This document shows, one piece after another, positions 51,331 through 64,000 of a stretch of DNA of 64,000 nt; position 1 is the stretch's first letter; the number at the start of each line of letters is the position of its first letter. The stretch is from Octopus vulgaris (Eukaryota). The stretch lies in NCBI GenBank assembly GCA_951406725.2, contig OX597823.1:5642001-5706000 (forward strand), read 5' to 3'. The notes under the pieces are model-generated. The model ran no database searches. It saw nothing but the letters and a program-made list of their open reading frames with translations, and was not told the origin of the DNA. A program made the position numbers and the translations under genes.

Positions 51331-52190
51331 TATGTGTGCGTGCCCAACAATTATATTTTTTCAAATTAAATTCCAATATAATTGTAATCTACACACTCTC
51401 AAAGGTATTTGTAGAAAATTTCACTGAAAATCATGAGGAAACAAAACCGACACGTGTGAATTTCCCGAAATTCTTCTCCCAAGACCCGGAAAAACATTTT
51501 TTCACAACAAATTCCGATATAATCGGAATCTATTCCGACTGAAGCGTATTTGTAGGAAATTTCATTAAAAAGATGTCCATTTTTCTGAAAGTGATGAGGA
51601 AACAAAAGTTGGAGCGTGTTAGGTACATTTATGTAGGTATGCTCTTCCTGAATGGTACACCAACGAAAAAAATTACCTTCAGTTTTATTAGTGATGCGGC
51701 CCGCCTGATGATGAGCCATGCCTCATGCGGCCCGCTTCTGGTAAAAGGTTGACCCTGCCTGAACTACATTAAGATTAACACTTTCAGTAATGACAACAGA
51801 ATGCCCTCATCCCCGCCACCTACAAGCTTAGTCATCATCGCCGAGCGACTGACCTGGGGATAAATGCCAAGCGTCAACACCACCACCGCCACCACCACCA
51901 TCACTGCCATCTTGTCAACAGGAATTAGACCAAACGAATTACATCCCGTGTCTGTTTCTTTTTTTGTTCTTTTTGTGTGTGTGTGTTTGTTATATTTGCG
52001 ATGATGGAATAAAAGACATGACTGGACACTTGTAATATTCTTACTCACTGGCAATCGATATTTACCGACATTGTCAATATCTACCTTGACCAGGAACTCA
52101 CCATCACCACAAATATCACACACACACACACTCTTTCTTCTTTCTTTCTTTCTTTCTTTCTCTCCCTCTCTCTCTCTTTGTGTGTGTGTA

Positions 52191-52239
<49 letters not shown>

Positions 52240-52622
52240 TACAATATATATATTAAGTATGTATATATATATATATATATTATATATATTATATATATTA
52301 TGTATGTATGGATGTATGTATGTGTATGTGTGTGTGTAATTTATTTTATTAGTTGTCTTTGTTATTGGCCTGCGGCCAAGCTGGAGTACTGCTTTCAGGG
52401 ATTGTCAGTCAATAATATCGACCAGGTACTTCGTCTGGTATTTATTTCATTGATCTCGTAAGATAGAATATGAATATGCGGGATTTTGATCACCCCATGC
52501 TGGTATAAACACACACACACACAAAACTCTGTCTGTCTGTTTGTCTTTGTGTGTGTGTGTGTGTGCCTCTCTGTGTGTGTGTGTGTGTGTGTGCCTCTGT
52601 GTGTGTGTGTGCCTCTGTGTGT

Positions 52623-52704
<82 letters not shown>

Positions 52705-52825
52705 TTTGCTATCGAAAAATTCTGACATACAATTTATGGCAAACAGCTGCTCGAATCAAAGTTTAGCAAATATTGAAACACGGGAAAGCGTTTTGAAAAA
52801 GGTTATGGTGTTTCTGAATATATAC

Positions 52826-53582
52826 AGGTGCAGGCGTGGCTGCATGGTATGCAACTTGCTTCCCAACTACATGGTTCCGGGTTCTGTCGGCACCTTGGGC
52901 AAGTGTCTTCTACTATATCCTTGGATTGACCAAGGCCTTGTGATTGGATTTGGTAAACGGAAACTGAAAGAAGCCCGTCGTATATACATATATCTATGTG
53001 CGTATGTGTGTCTTTGTGTTAGTCCCCACCACCGCTTCACAGCTGGTGTTGGTGTATTTAAGTCCCCATAACTTAGAGGTTCAGCAAAAGGAACCGATAG
53101 AATAAGTATCAAGCTTAAAAAAAGCACTAGTCAACTAAGAATTCTTCAAGACAGTGATCCAGCATGGCCGCAGTCAAATGACTGAAATGTTATATATACT
53201 CGTTTACTTGTTTCAGTCATTTGACTGTGGCCATGCTGGAGCACTGCATTTAGTCAACCAAATCGACCCCAGGACTTATTCTTTGTAAGCCTAGTACTTA
53301 TTCTATCGGTCTCTTTTGCCAAACCGCTAAATTACGGAGATGTAAACACACTAGCATCGGATGTCAAGCAATGTTGGGGGGACAAACATATACACACACA
53401 TACACACATATATACATATATACAACGAGCTTCTTTCAGTTTCCGTCTACCAAATCCTGTCACAAGGCTTTGGTCGGCCCGAGGCTATAGTAGAAGACAC
53501 TTGCCCAAGGTCCCGTGCAATGGGACTGAACTCGGAACCATGTGGTTTGTAAGCAAGCTACTCACCACGCAGCCACTCCTAC
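52826..53582. mobile_element. Two SINE family A copies tail-to-tail (52826-53188 +, 53200-53582 -)
   Basis: Both match 14425-14819, in opposite orientations. Confidence 0.82.
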
Positions 53583-53648
53583 GTCTGTATATAAAACCTT
53601 TCAGTCATATGATTGCCGCCATGATGGGGCCTTGAAGAACTTTTTGTC

Positions 53649-53844
53649 CAGTGGTTTTCAACCATTTTTGCCTATGGACCCCTTTCATTCCTATTTTACT
53701 TTACTGGACCCTAATAAACTTATATTAAAAAAAAGTTCATATATTTTTATAATTATCTTAAAGAATTATATAAAAAAAATTATTAAAATAATTTGTTTAT
53801 TCTAGAAGTATAACCAGTTGTTTGAACCCAGTTGAGAACCACTG
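53649..53844. mobile_element. hAT-type MITE
   Basis: TIRs cagtggttttcaac / gttgagaaccactg. Confidence 0.7.
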
Positions 53845-53887
53845 AAGGGGACAGATATTATTTGAAATAGCTGAGTGTGTTTATATA

Positions 53888-53934
<47 letters not shown>

Positions 53935-54259
53935 ATATGTGTATGTGTATCAATAGTGGAAATATGTTTTGAAAGTGCTGTGATCGAATTTCACCTGCAC
54001 CCGCGCAACTGCTCCATAACTCTCATAGTATATCTGGAAGCTGCCGTTGTCTTTTTTTTTTAGCGTCATTAGTTCGAATGGTTGTCGTGGGCGGGGTCGT
54101 CATCTGTTTTCTCTGTCCCTGCTTCGACAGATTGATAGCTGCTGCAGCTGGATACCTGTAGAAAGTACTAACATCAACTGAGCCATTCACTTCATCAATG
54201 TTCTGGTCTTTAAACGCTTCACTGGGTTTGCTAGAACGGGGGCTGACCTTGACTAATCA

Positions 54260-54890
54260 CCAACAACAAAACCCACCATTGTTACTACGGCAAGCAATCA
54301 CCGTTAACAACAATAGTACTATTACAGTTAAATACCACCACCACCACCATCAACAACAACAATAACAGTAACTACCATCACTACCACCACCACCACCACC
54401 ACCACCACCACAACAAATAACAACAACAACCACTACCAACACCACCACCACCACCACCAACAACAGTAACTACCACCAAAACCACTACCACCACCACCAC
54501 CACCACCACTACCATCACCACCAAAACCACCACCACCACCACCACCACCACCACCACCAACAACAACAACAGTAACTACCACCACCACCAACAACAACAA
54601 CCATTGCTACCATTACACAACCAATGCTACCACTATCACCACTACTACCGCCCACGCTTCTGCCAACACCACCCACCACCGCCATCGCCACCACCATTAA
54701 CATCCCATCCCACTTCTATTGTCTGATGCACCGCTATCACCATCGCCATGATTACACCGGCCACCACCACCACCACCACCTCCACCACTATCGCCACCAT
54801 CAGCACCACTACCATCGCCGCCACCACCACCACAACCACCGCCACAATCCCCACCAACACAACAACCACCATCACCACTACCACCTGCAC
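54260..54890. repeat. (CCA/CAA)n low-complexity tract
   Basis: Trinucleotide mosaic. Confidence 0.9.
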
Positions 54891-55067
54891 TATATGCCTC
54901 TACTGCTTACTGCCGCGAGTCGTACCTGGCCATGCGGCCTGGTAGAAATAGCAGCTAAATATCCTCCGACCATACCCTACCTTCTTAAGAAATAAAAACA
55001 AAAACAAATAGAACATTGAATAACAATGTAATGCTTAGATACAGCACATGGGGGGGGGACTGAATAT

Positions 55068-55121
<54 letters not shown>

Positions 55122-55692
55122 CAATAACGGTATTTAGGGCTTTGGTTAAAAACACTAAAAGCAAATGAAAAAGCAGGAATCAGGCATGAGCGCTCGGTGT
55201 AGCCGAGGCTTAAAGCAGACAGCAATGATGCATCGGAGAGTGTGACTAATGCATCGCACAATGCAGTGCAGCTCGCTGCAACAGGGTGTGGAGAAGAAAG
55301 GGGGGGGATCTGTGTGTATTTATACAGGAATGGAAGGTGACCGACTGATCGACTGATTGAGTCTCTGTTCGATTGATGTAACTTGTGTGCGTAGGACATT
55401 GACCATTCACTGATTATACGTGTGTGTATATATATATATATATATAGGGTTTATGGGGTTCTTACATGTGTATGTGTGTGTGTGTGTGTGTACATATTTG
55501 CATATATGAGTATATATGAATATATATATACGTATATTTATACGTATATATGTGTTGGTTGTGTGGTAAGTAGCTTGTTTATAAACCACATGATTCTGGG
55601 TTCGTTCTCACTGTAGTGTCTTCTACTATAGCCTTGGGCCGACCAAAGCCTTGTGAGTGGATTTGGTAGACGGAAACCGAAAGAAGCCCGTC

Positions 55693-56078
<386 letters not shown>

Positions 56079-56358
56079 CGCACAATAGCTGATGCATACA
56101 TACATTTAGATATGTGTGTGTATTTCTACACACACACACACAAATATGTGTGTAAAAGTAATGACAATACATACAAACACACGCACAAAATAACTGACAC
56201 AAACTCGCATACACTTTCACAATATATACACCCACTGATTGAAACTTATATACATGCACACACTGAATTAGTGATATACATGCACACACACACACACAGA
56301 TCCATATATTTTTGAATGTACAGACACACACACACACACACACATACTGACACATTTC

Positions 56359-56444
<86 letters not shown>

Positions 56445-57110
56445 GTATAATTCATGCATCTCGCCAGGGTCTATGAGATGTCGATAGGGATCAGCTGGTT
56501 CATCGTCCCAAGGGGTTAGGAGATCCAAAAAAGACGCCAGGGTCGAAAATTAAACTCCTCACGCCTCGTAAAAATTTACCCTGCGGCACTACACGTCACT
56601 TAACACTTCTACATACATACATACATACATACATGCACATCCGCGTGTGTGTGCATGAACATGTGTGTGTGTGTGTGTGTGTGTATCTGTTGATTTACCA
56701 GAAGTGATAAATTTCAGGACTGAATACAAACTGTTGAGTCTTCCTTAATGCATCGTCATTGAAAGGCTTCGATTTCCAGTGCTCAGACTTGCTTGTTTCC
56801 AGTTATCAGCTGGGAAACCGATGATGATGATGATGAAGAAGATGATGACGATGATGATGATGACGACGACGACGACGATGATGACGATGATGACGATGAT
56901 GACGATGATGATGATGACGATGATGTGTGCGTGCGCGTATAAATACACACACACACACACACACACGTATATATGTATATGTACAGCCGTTTGATTACAA
57001 TTCGTAGTGTCTGACGATGTATAATTGTGGAGGTGATAGATGCTTCGAAGTCACTGTCAATGAAATTGTTATTAACATCTGACAACACACATTCACACAT
57101 AATGCATGCA

Positions 57111-57152
<42 letters not shown>

Positions 57153-57694
57153 AAGAGAGAGATGGGGAGCGGGGAGAAAGATAAATACACACGTGTGTGT
57201 GTGTTGGTATATGCGCACACATTTGATTAACACCCCAAAATACAGAAAGCTATACGTATATGCACATACACGTGTGTGTTCGTATGCCGCGTACAGATAT
57301 GCACATCGTTTCTCCTGTTGCTAGACGTAGAAAATAGGCAGGTGTAGGGCCTCATTGCTGGATAAAGTCTTCCGGGAGTTGAGAAGGAATGAATATTTTA
57401 TTCGACAGATGGACTGATCAGATTAGCTTGTCAATGGAGCAGAGGTGTCAGACGATAGTTCATTAGTAAGACCTTCATGACAACACACGGGGAATTCTGT
57501 GTATGTACGAAATGGGGCTGGGCGCTGTTGATAGACAGATGCCATAGCTTGAAAGGGAAGAGAGAGAGAGAGACCGAGGGAGAGAGAAGCACAAGACAAA
57601 TTTTCATTAGGAAATCCACAAAATACGGGTATTTGTACGTAAATGTTAAAACATGGGCGCGGTGTAGACTTAGATACCATAACTTGAGAAGGGT

Positions 57695-57752
<58 letters not shown>

Positions 57753-58185
57753 TGGGGTAGAGGTTTTAAATGAATTTTCATTAGGGAGTCGGTAAAACAC
57801 ACAGGCATTTGTGATTGTTGGAGAGTTGATTGTTATGTAGAGATTTGAGGGATGGTGGGGGGTAACTTGAAAGAGAGAGAGAGAGGGGGGGGGGGGGTAT
57901 GACCGCATCTCCATCTCCACATACTGAGAAACAACAGGAAGATACCATTCTGTCACACCTAATGGACTGAAGAACTGAGTTACAGACTATGAAGTTTTTG
58001 GTTCACCGAATCTGTGAAGTGGTTTCGAATCCCGGTTAAACTACGCACTTCACTTACGCTGTTGATGTCCTTGAGAAAAGGAAAATTCTCTACAAATCTA
58101 ATATCCTTTTTTTTTTCTTATGTAAAATGACAGGATTTTATTCAAATAATATTTGAGGAGCGATCTCGTATCCTGAGTTATATAT

Positions 58186-58582
58186 GGATGGAAGCACTCC
58201 GTCGGTTACGACGACGAGGGTTCCGGTTGATCCGAATCAACGGAACAGCCTGCTCGTGAAATTAACGTGTAAGTGGCTGAGCACTCCACAGACACGTGTA
58301 CCCTTAACGTAGTTCTCAGGGATATTCAGCGTGACACAGAGAGTGACAAGGCCGGCCCTTTGAAATACAGGTACAACAGAAACAGGAAGTAAGAGTGAGA
58401 GAAAGTTGTGGTGAAAGAGTACAGCAGGGATCACCACCATCCCTGCCGGAGCCTCGTGGAGCCTTTTTTTTCTTTAGGTGTTTTCGCTCAATAAACACTC
58501 ACAACGCCCGGTCTGGGAATCGAAACCGCGATCCTATGACCGCGAGTCCGCTGCCTTAACCACTGGGCCATTGCGCCTCCAC
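58186..58582 (-). mobile_element. tRNA-derived SINE with a well-preserved head
   Basis: Minus strand gtggaggcgcaatggcccagtggttaaggcagcggactcgcggtcataggatcgcggtttcgattcccag carries A and B boxes. The body is shared with 8310-8612. Confidence 0.85.
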
Positions 58583-60086
58583 TGAGTTTTATATACTCCC
58601 AGATGGACAGTGCCTTTTACTTCACTGGAGTCGGTAAGACATGTAAATAAACTGGGATTTATTTAATTCATTGATCCAGTGACCTGGCTTAATTTAGCAA
58701 GCTGGTTTCAGTTCCTGATTCGAGCAATTTTAGTTCACTTACACAAGTAACATCCAGAACAGATAAAATCAAGTACCAGTCACGTACTGGGATCGATGAC
58801 ATCGAGTTCTCTTCGCTTCCCTAAGAGTTGCTAGCCTTGTGCTTAAATCAGAAACCATCCATTGTTGAGATAACATATTTCTACTCTCAGACAACTTTTT
58901 TTTTATTGGATCTAGATATTACGATAGTATTATTAAAAACAACAGTAAGGCAGCGAAATGGCAGAATGCGTAACGACATTTCGTCCGTTTTTACGTTCTG
59001 AGTTCAACTTTGCCTTTCATCGTTTCGGGGTCGATGAAATAAATACCAGTTGATTACTGGAGTCGATGTAAGCGACTTATCCCGTCCACCGAACTTGCTG
59101 GCCTTGTGCCGAAATTTGAAACCAATATAAAAAATAACAGTGGAGAAAATATCTGGCATCTTTTAGATGTTAAAGAAACTGAGTTTGGAATGTAGAATTG
59201 TATTGAGACCGTTTTAAAAAACAATAATGGAATCACATTAAAAACCTTTTAATATTTGCCAGTGATAATGTTAATTTTATGATTGAAATCAAAGCAAGAA
59301 TTCAATATCTCTTGGAGCAGAAAAGTCTTCAAATCTTCACACAGTCTTGTTTGTCATCTATTGCGTTTGTATGCTTCTCAGCCTGCACTGAAGTACCATG
59401 TTATTAACAAGGGTTAACCAGATACATTTCTACATACTTAGGCAATAGTTCTAAATGCTTGAATTAATACAAAGAATTTCAAAAATGTACAAATACCAAT
59501 CTTCAACAAAGCGAAATTCTCTGAACGAGCCACATAAAATGACCTTCCCATGAGCAAACGGTGAAAATAATTTTAGAACGATGACCTTGCAGACGCTTTC
59601 GCAGCCCTCTACATCTGCTGCCTTCCAACACGATATTTCTGTTGCTTCGAGAACCGCAGAGAGAGACATAACAAAAAATATGAGTACAAATTTGTACTTT
59701 ACTTCCTTCACTTGCATTCTACTTAGCTTTTGGTAACACAGTTTACTGTGCTTTTTTTTTTCTTTCTTTTCTGTAAATTTGTACTATTACATCTGATTCG
59801 TGAGACGCGTGTAAAGCATAAAGGACACAGAATTGAGGGACAAAAATGCTAAGAATTATATTTTTCGGACAAAAAATTCTTTCACAGAAGAAAACAACCA
59901 CTCCATTCCTTACACTTTCCCTTCTCCATGAGGTAGAGATAGCTATTCCGAAAGTTCATCGCGAGGCGAGTGTAATAGTAAATATTCACATTGTTTTAAG
60001 GTACCTGTGTAGTCGCTAGCAGACAGACACTGCCATTCCGGCTCCCTTCATTTTGTCCCAGCTGTACATCCAGGTTGTGATAACTG

Positions 60087-60168
<82 letters not shown>

Positions 60169-62111
60169 TACCCACACTCGACTGGTGCTTATTTTTTAGA
60201 AGAGGAAACTGAATCAAGAACACATCGCGTAACACGCCACCCGGTTCGGGTATTGAATCCTCGACATTATGATTGTAAGTCGAATATCCTAACCATCAGA
60301 GCACACGTATCAGGCATTACTCAGCTCAAGCTGGAGTTTCAAGCAGAAACCGTTTAAATTCCTCACTTAAGGAATTTTCTTAATAAAGGGATTCTTGGTA
60401 ATTTCATCAAGCGAAGAACTCTGAAATCTAATGATTTTAGTAGAATTAGTCTTAACGATCATCGCACCTATTTCATGATGGTTGACATTTATTTTGGTGC
60501 CACTGTAGAAAGAACTTATCTGACATGATTCAAGAAAAAATTCCTCCAAAGAACTGCAAGAATTTCTAATAAATATTTAAAATTTCTCTTGTTTGCCTTC
60601 CAAAACAGATGTTTCGACGCTTTTTGTCACGTGAGCTGCTTACAAGGCATTAGTACCAACCACCGCTATCGGCAGAAGGCCGTCACATTATCCAATTAGA
60701 AGTGAAATTTTCCAGCTTAGTCCATGAGCAACATCATAATTAAATTAATGAAGAATTGGGGGTGGGGGGTTTATATTGCATGCAAACCTTTTAATGCAGA
60801 AAAATGCACGAAAGCATTTTCCGGTTTAATTTCTCAAGAAAAAAAAATATTGCAGCAAATATCGTTTTCTTTTATTGTCGAAATTTACGATCTCGCATCT
60901 TTCTCTGCTTATTCATCGGCAGCTGTTGAATTTTCTCGTTACTCGACAACATTGAAGTTAAAAATCGAGCCTCTTTGTAAATATCAGCATTAAATGTTGT
61001 AATAAAATCTAAGTGTTTTTTTACAAGGCATTAAATGACTTCACGGGATTGAGTCTATCACAACAGCTTCATGATAGAAAGTAAGAAGCAAATACAAGTA
61101 TAGTAAATGGTGGAGTGGTTTAGTGGTTAGGGTGTTAGCATCATGATCGTAAGATTGTGGTTTCGATTTCTGGACCGGGCGATGCGTTGTGTTCTTGAGC
61201 AAAGCACTTCACGTTGCTCCAGTCCACTCAGCTGGCAAAAATGAGTAATCTTGCGACGGACCAGTGTCCCACCTTGTTAGGGAATATTTACTCCATGGAA
61301 ACCGGCCCCATGAGACTATAATGCCTCGGGAAGGAACTTTACTTCTTTTACAACCAAATAAGGTAGTTGAAGTAAAAGGCCTCTTTTCATAAAGTATAAG
61401 CTAAAAATTAAAAAGATACTTTTCTTAGTTTTTGTACTGCTATGTGTAGTTTTGGTTCTAATGGGATAGACAACCAGTATGAAAGCCATTGTTATTGTTT
61501 TACGTGTTTATTTACTTTTCATGTTACACGGACGTCAACATTCAGCGTAGTGATACACTATATACTTTACACACAGTTTGTACTGTTCACTAACAAAATA
61601 GTGCCAAAAGTGGGGATGTATTCTACACACGTGTACACATAGATATGAATGTGTAACAGGTACTATCATAGAACAATTTCTGGAAGTTCTCTGATAAAAC
61701 TAGATTATGCTGGATTTTTCAGGAATAAGTTAAGAAAGTTAAAAACTGATGTTATTTATATTTTTTCTTTGTCGCGTTATATAATTATAATGTGTATGGT
61801 ATGTAGATTTACATCTAATGTATGTATATTTATGGTGATGATAGGAGCGACAAAGGTGGCGTGCTGGCAGAATTGTTAGCGCACCGGGCACAATGCTTAG
61901 CGGCATTTCATCCATCTTGACGCTCCGAGTTCAAATTCCGCCCAGGTCGACTTTGCCTTTCGGGGTCGATAAAATAATTACCAGTTGAACACTGGGGCCG
62001 ATGTAATCGAGATGGCCCCTTCCATCGAAAATTACTGGTTTGGTGCCAAAATTTAAAGTCAAATGTTAAGTGCGACACTTTATACTATACAAAACTTGTG
62101 GTCCTTTTTAA

Positions 62112-62296
62112 TCTCTCTCTCTTTTACTCTTTTACTTGTTTCAGTCATTTGACTGCGGCCATGCTGGAGCACCGCCTTTTGTCGAGCAAATCGACCCCGG
62201 GACTTATTCTATCGGTCTCTTTTGCCGAACCGCTAAGGGACGTAAACACACTAGCATCGGTTGTCAAGCAATGCTAGGGGGACAAACACAGACACA

Positions 62297-62353
<57 letters not shown>

Positions 62354-63013
62354 TTTTTTTCCTCCTTTGTACGGCCACACCTTGAATACTGCTGCCCACT
62401 GTGGTCTCCTCACACAAGACAAAACATCTCCAGAATTGAGTCACCCCAGAGGGCTCTCACTAAACAAATTGAAGGCATGGCTGCTCTCGATTATTGGGAT
62501 CGCCTTAAAGCCTTGAAACTTTACTCCCTCCAGCGTCGCCGTGAACGGTACATCATTTGTACGATGTGGAAAATATACCGCCAACTTTGCCCAAACGACC
62601 TAAACATTAGCTTCAAGGTTCATCCAAGACTTGGACCACGGGCTATACGTCCCCTGCCAAGTTCAAGATCACAACATACATGTACACTGCAACATAATTT
62701 CTTTTCCTCAACAGGCCCTGCCCTATTTAACATTGTACCGAGGGAGATCAAAGAGGAAAAGGATCCCATCAACTTTAAACAGAGTCTGGATAGATTCCTT
62801 CATCGAATACCAGATAAGCCACCCATAATTGGATACAACTCACCCAACAAGAACTCACTACTTGAACAAAACTGGATACAACTCACCCAACAAGAACTCA
62901 CTACTTGAACAAAACTTGACTTAAACAGGATTCGAATAATCCTATCAGGTGGTGCTATTAAGTTAGACATGGCCTGGACCAATCTCTGGTCGAAACATAT
63001 CTAAGTTTATCTA

Positions 63014-63062
<49 letters not shown>

Positions 63063-63224
63063 GACAGGCTTCTTTCAGTTTCCGTCTACCAAATCCACTC
63101 ACAAGGCATTGGTCGGCCCGGGGCTATAGCAGAAGACACTTGCCCAAGATGCCACGCAGTGGGACTGAACCCGGAACCATGTGGTTGCTTAGCAAGCTAC
63201 TTACCACACAGCCACTCCTGCGCC
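62112..63224 (-). mobile_element. SINE family A copy split by the LINE insertion
   Basis: 62112-62350 and 63021-63224 are the two halves of the 14425-14819 sequence. Confidence 0.85.
62353..63020 (+). mobile_element. 5'-truncated CR1-group LINE 3' end inserted in a SINE
   Basis: Reads FVRPHLEYCCPLWSP...QR..TK.I......Y.DRLK.L.LYSLQRRRERY. Terminal stem-loop followed by a (tctaagttta)2 tail. Confidence 0.88.
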
Positions 63225-64000
63225 CATATGTTTACATTCTTTTACAATTCTACAAGAAATCACTGGTGTCAATATCTTTTCATCATACAGCGACGATGTT
63301 TCAGTTGACGAAGACGAAATTAAAGGTGACAATGTAATCGATATTGATGATAACGAAACCGAGACAAATGACGAATTTGAGGAGAGGGAACCCCCGTCCC
63401 CCACCCCACCCCCGACACACTGGAAAGCATGATATCAACCAAACAACACTTATATCGTCTATTATTAATGATGAGCTGGCAGAATCGTTATTCTGAGTTC
63501 AAATTTTGTCGAGGTCGACTTTACCCTTCATGTTTTCGGGGTCGAAAAAATAAGAACCGATTGATCAGTGGAATCGATGTAATCGATTTAATCATTTCCC
63601 CGAAATTTCGCCTATAATAAAATGGATTATTAAATAGAGATAACTGAAAATTAATTTTTAAAAAAACCCAACTTATTTTATAAAATATTAAAATATATAC
63701 TGTTATATATAAAGCTAAAGTACACGGAGTTCTATCTAGCAATACGAAATTATTGATCCAGCCGCAAACAGTAGAATTTGATCATCTGTAAACAGGACTA
63801 AAAAAAGTTACACAATGTCGTATACTTTAGTAAAACAGTGACCTTAATCTCTAATAAACTGAATCAAGTGATTCTTAAGCATGACTTCATGACATATTGC
63901 AGATTAAGGAAAATAAAAAAGAAAAATAGGAACTTATTGGTGCGCTCGATAGAGAATTATTTTTTAAAAATATATATATACTAAATTTTGAAGTTTAAAA

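Noticed and set aside
58500-58582. tRNA gene
   Set aside because: The tRNA-like head continues into a SINE body and lacks a proper acceptor stem.
59451-59717. 88-aa minus-strand ORF as an upstream exon of the 54-kb candidate
   Set aside because: No recognisable motif and no convincing donor site of the right phase.

Overview
AT-rich, microsatellite-dense eukaryotic genomic DNA. The SINE/LINE complement suggests a cephalopod, probably Octopus (inference). The main content is one plus-strand spliced gene that the ORF track misses as a unit. It has 8 coding exons from 10460 to 33599 with consistent intron phases and GT-AG sites, giving a 2106-nt CDS (701 aa). The product is Ser/Glu/Lys-rich and its C-terminus resembles DUF4614/C19orf44. 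The rest is mostly transposon debris: RTE, CR1/L2-group, R4/Dong-like and CRE-like LINE fragments, several tRNA-derived SINE families, a full-length but disabled mariner (50067-51330), a Helitron-like element, TTAA- and hAT-type MITEs and a probable solo LTR. The most notable unexplained signals are a near-complete minimal type-I hammerhead ribozyme at 44669-44727 (plus a decayed one near 40362-40408), a PHD finger inside an RTE reverse transcriptase, several fold-back and nested structures, and a candidate orphan minus-strand exon near 54.1 kb. Most short ORFs in the track are microsatellite or repeat artefacts.
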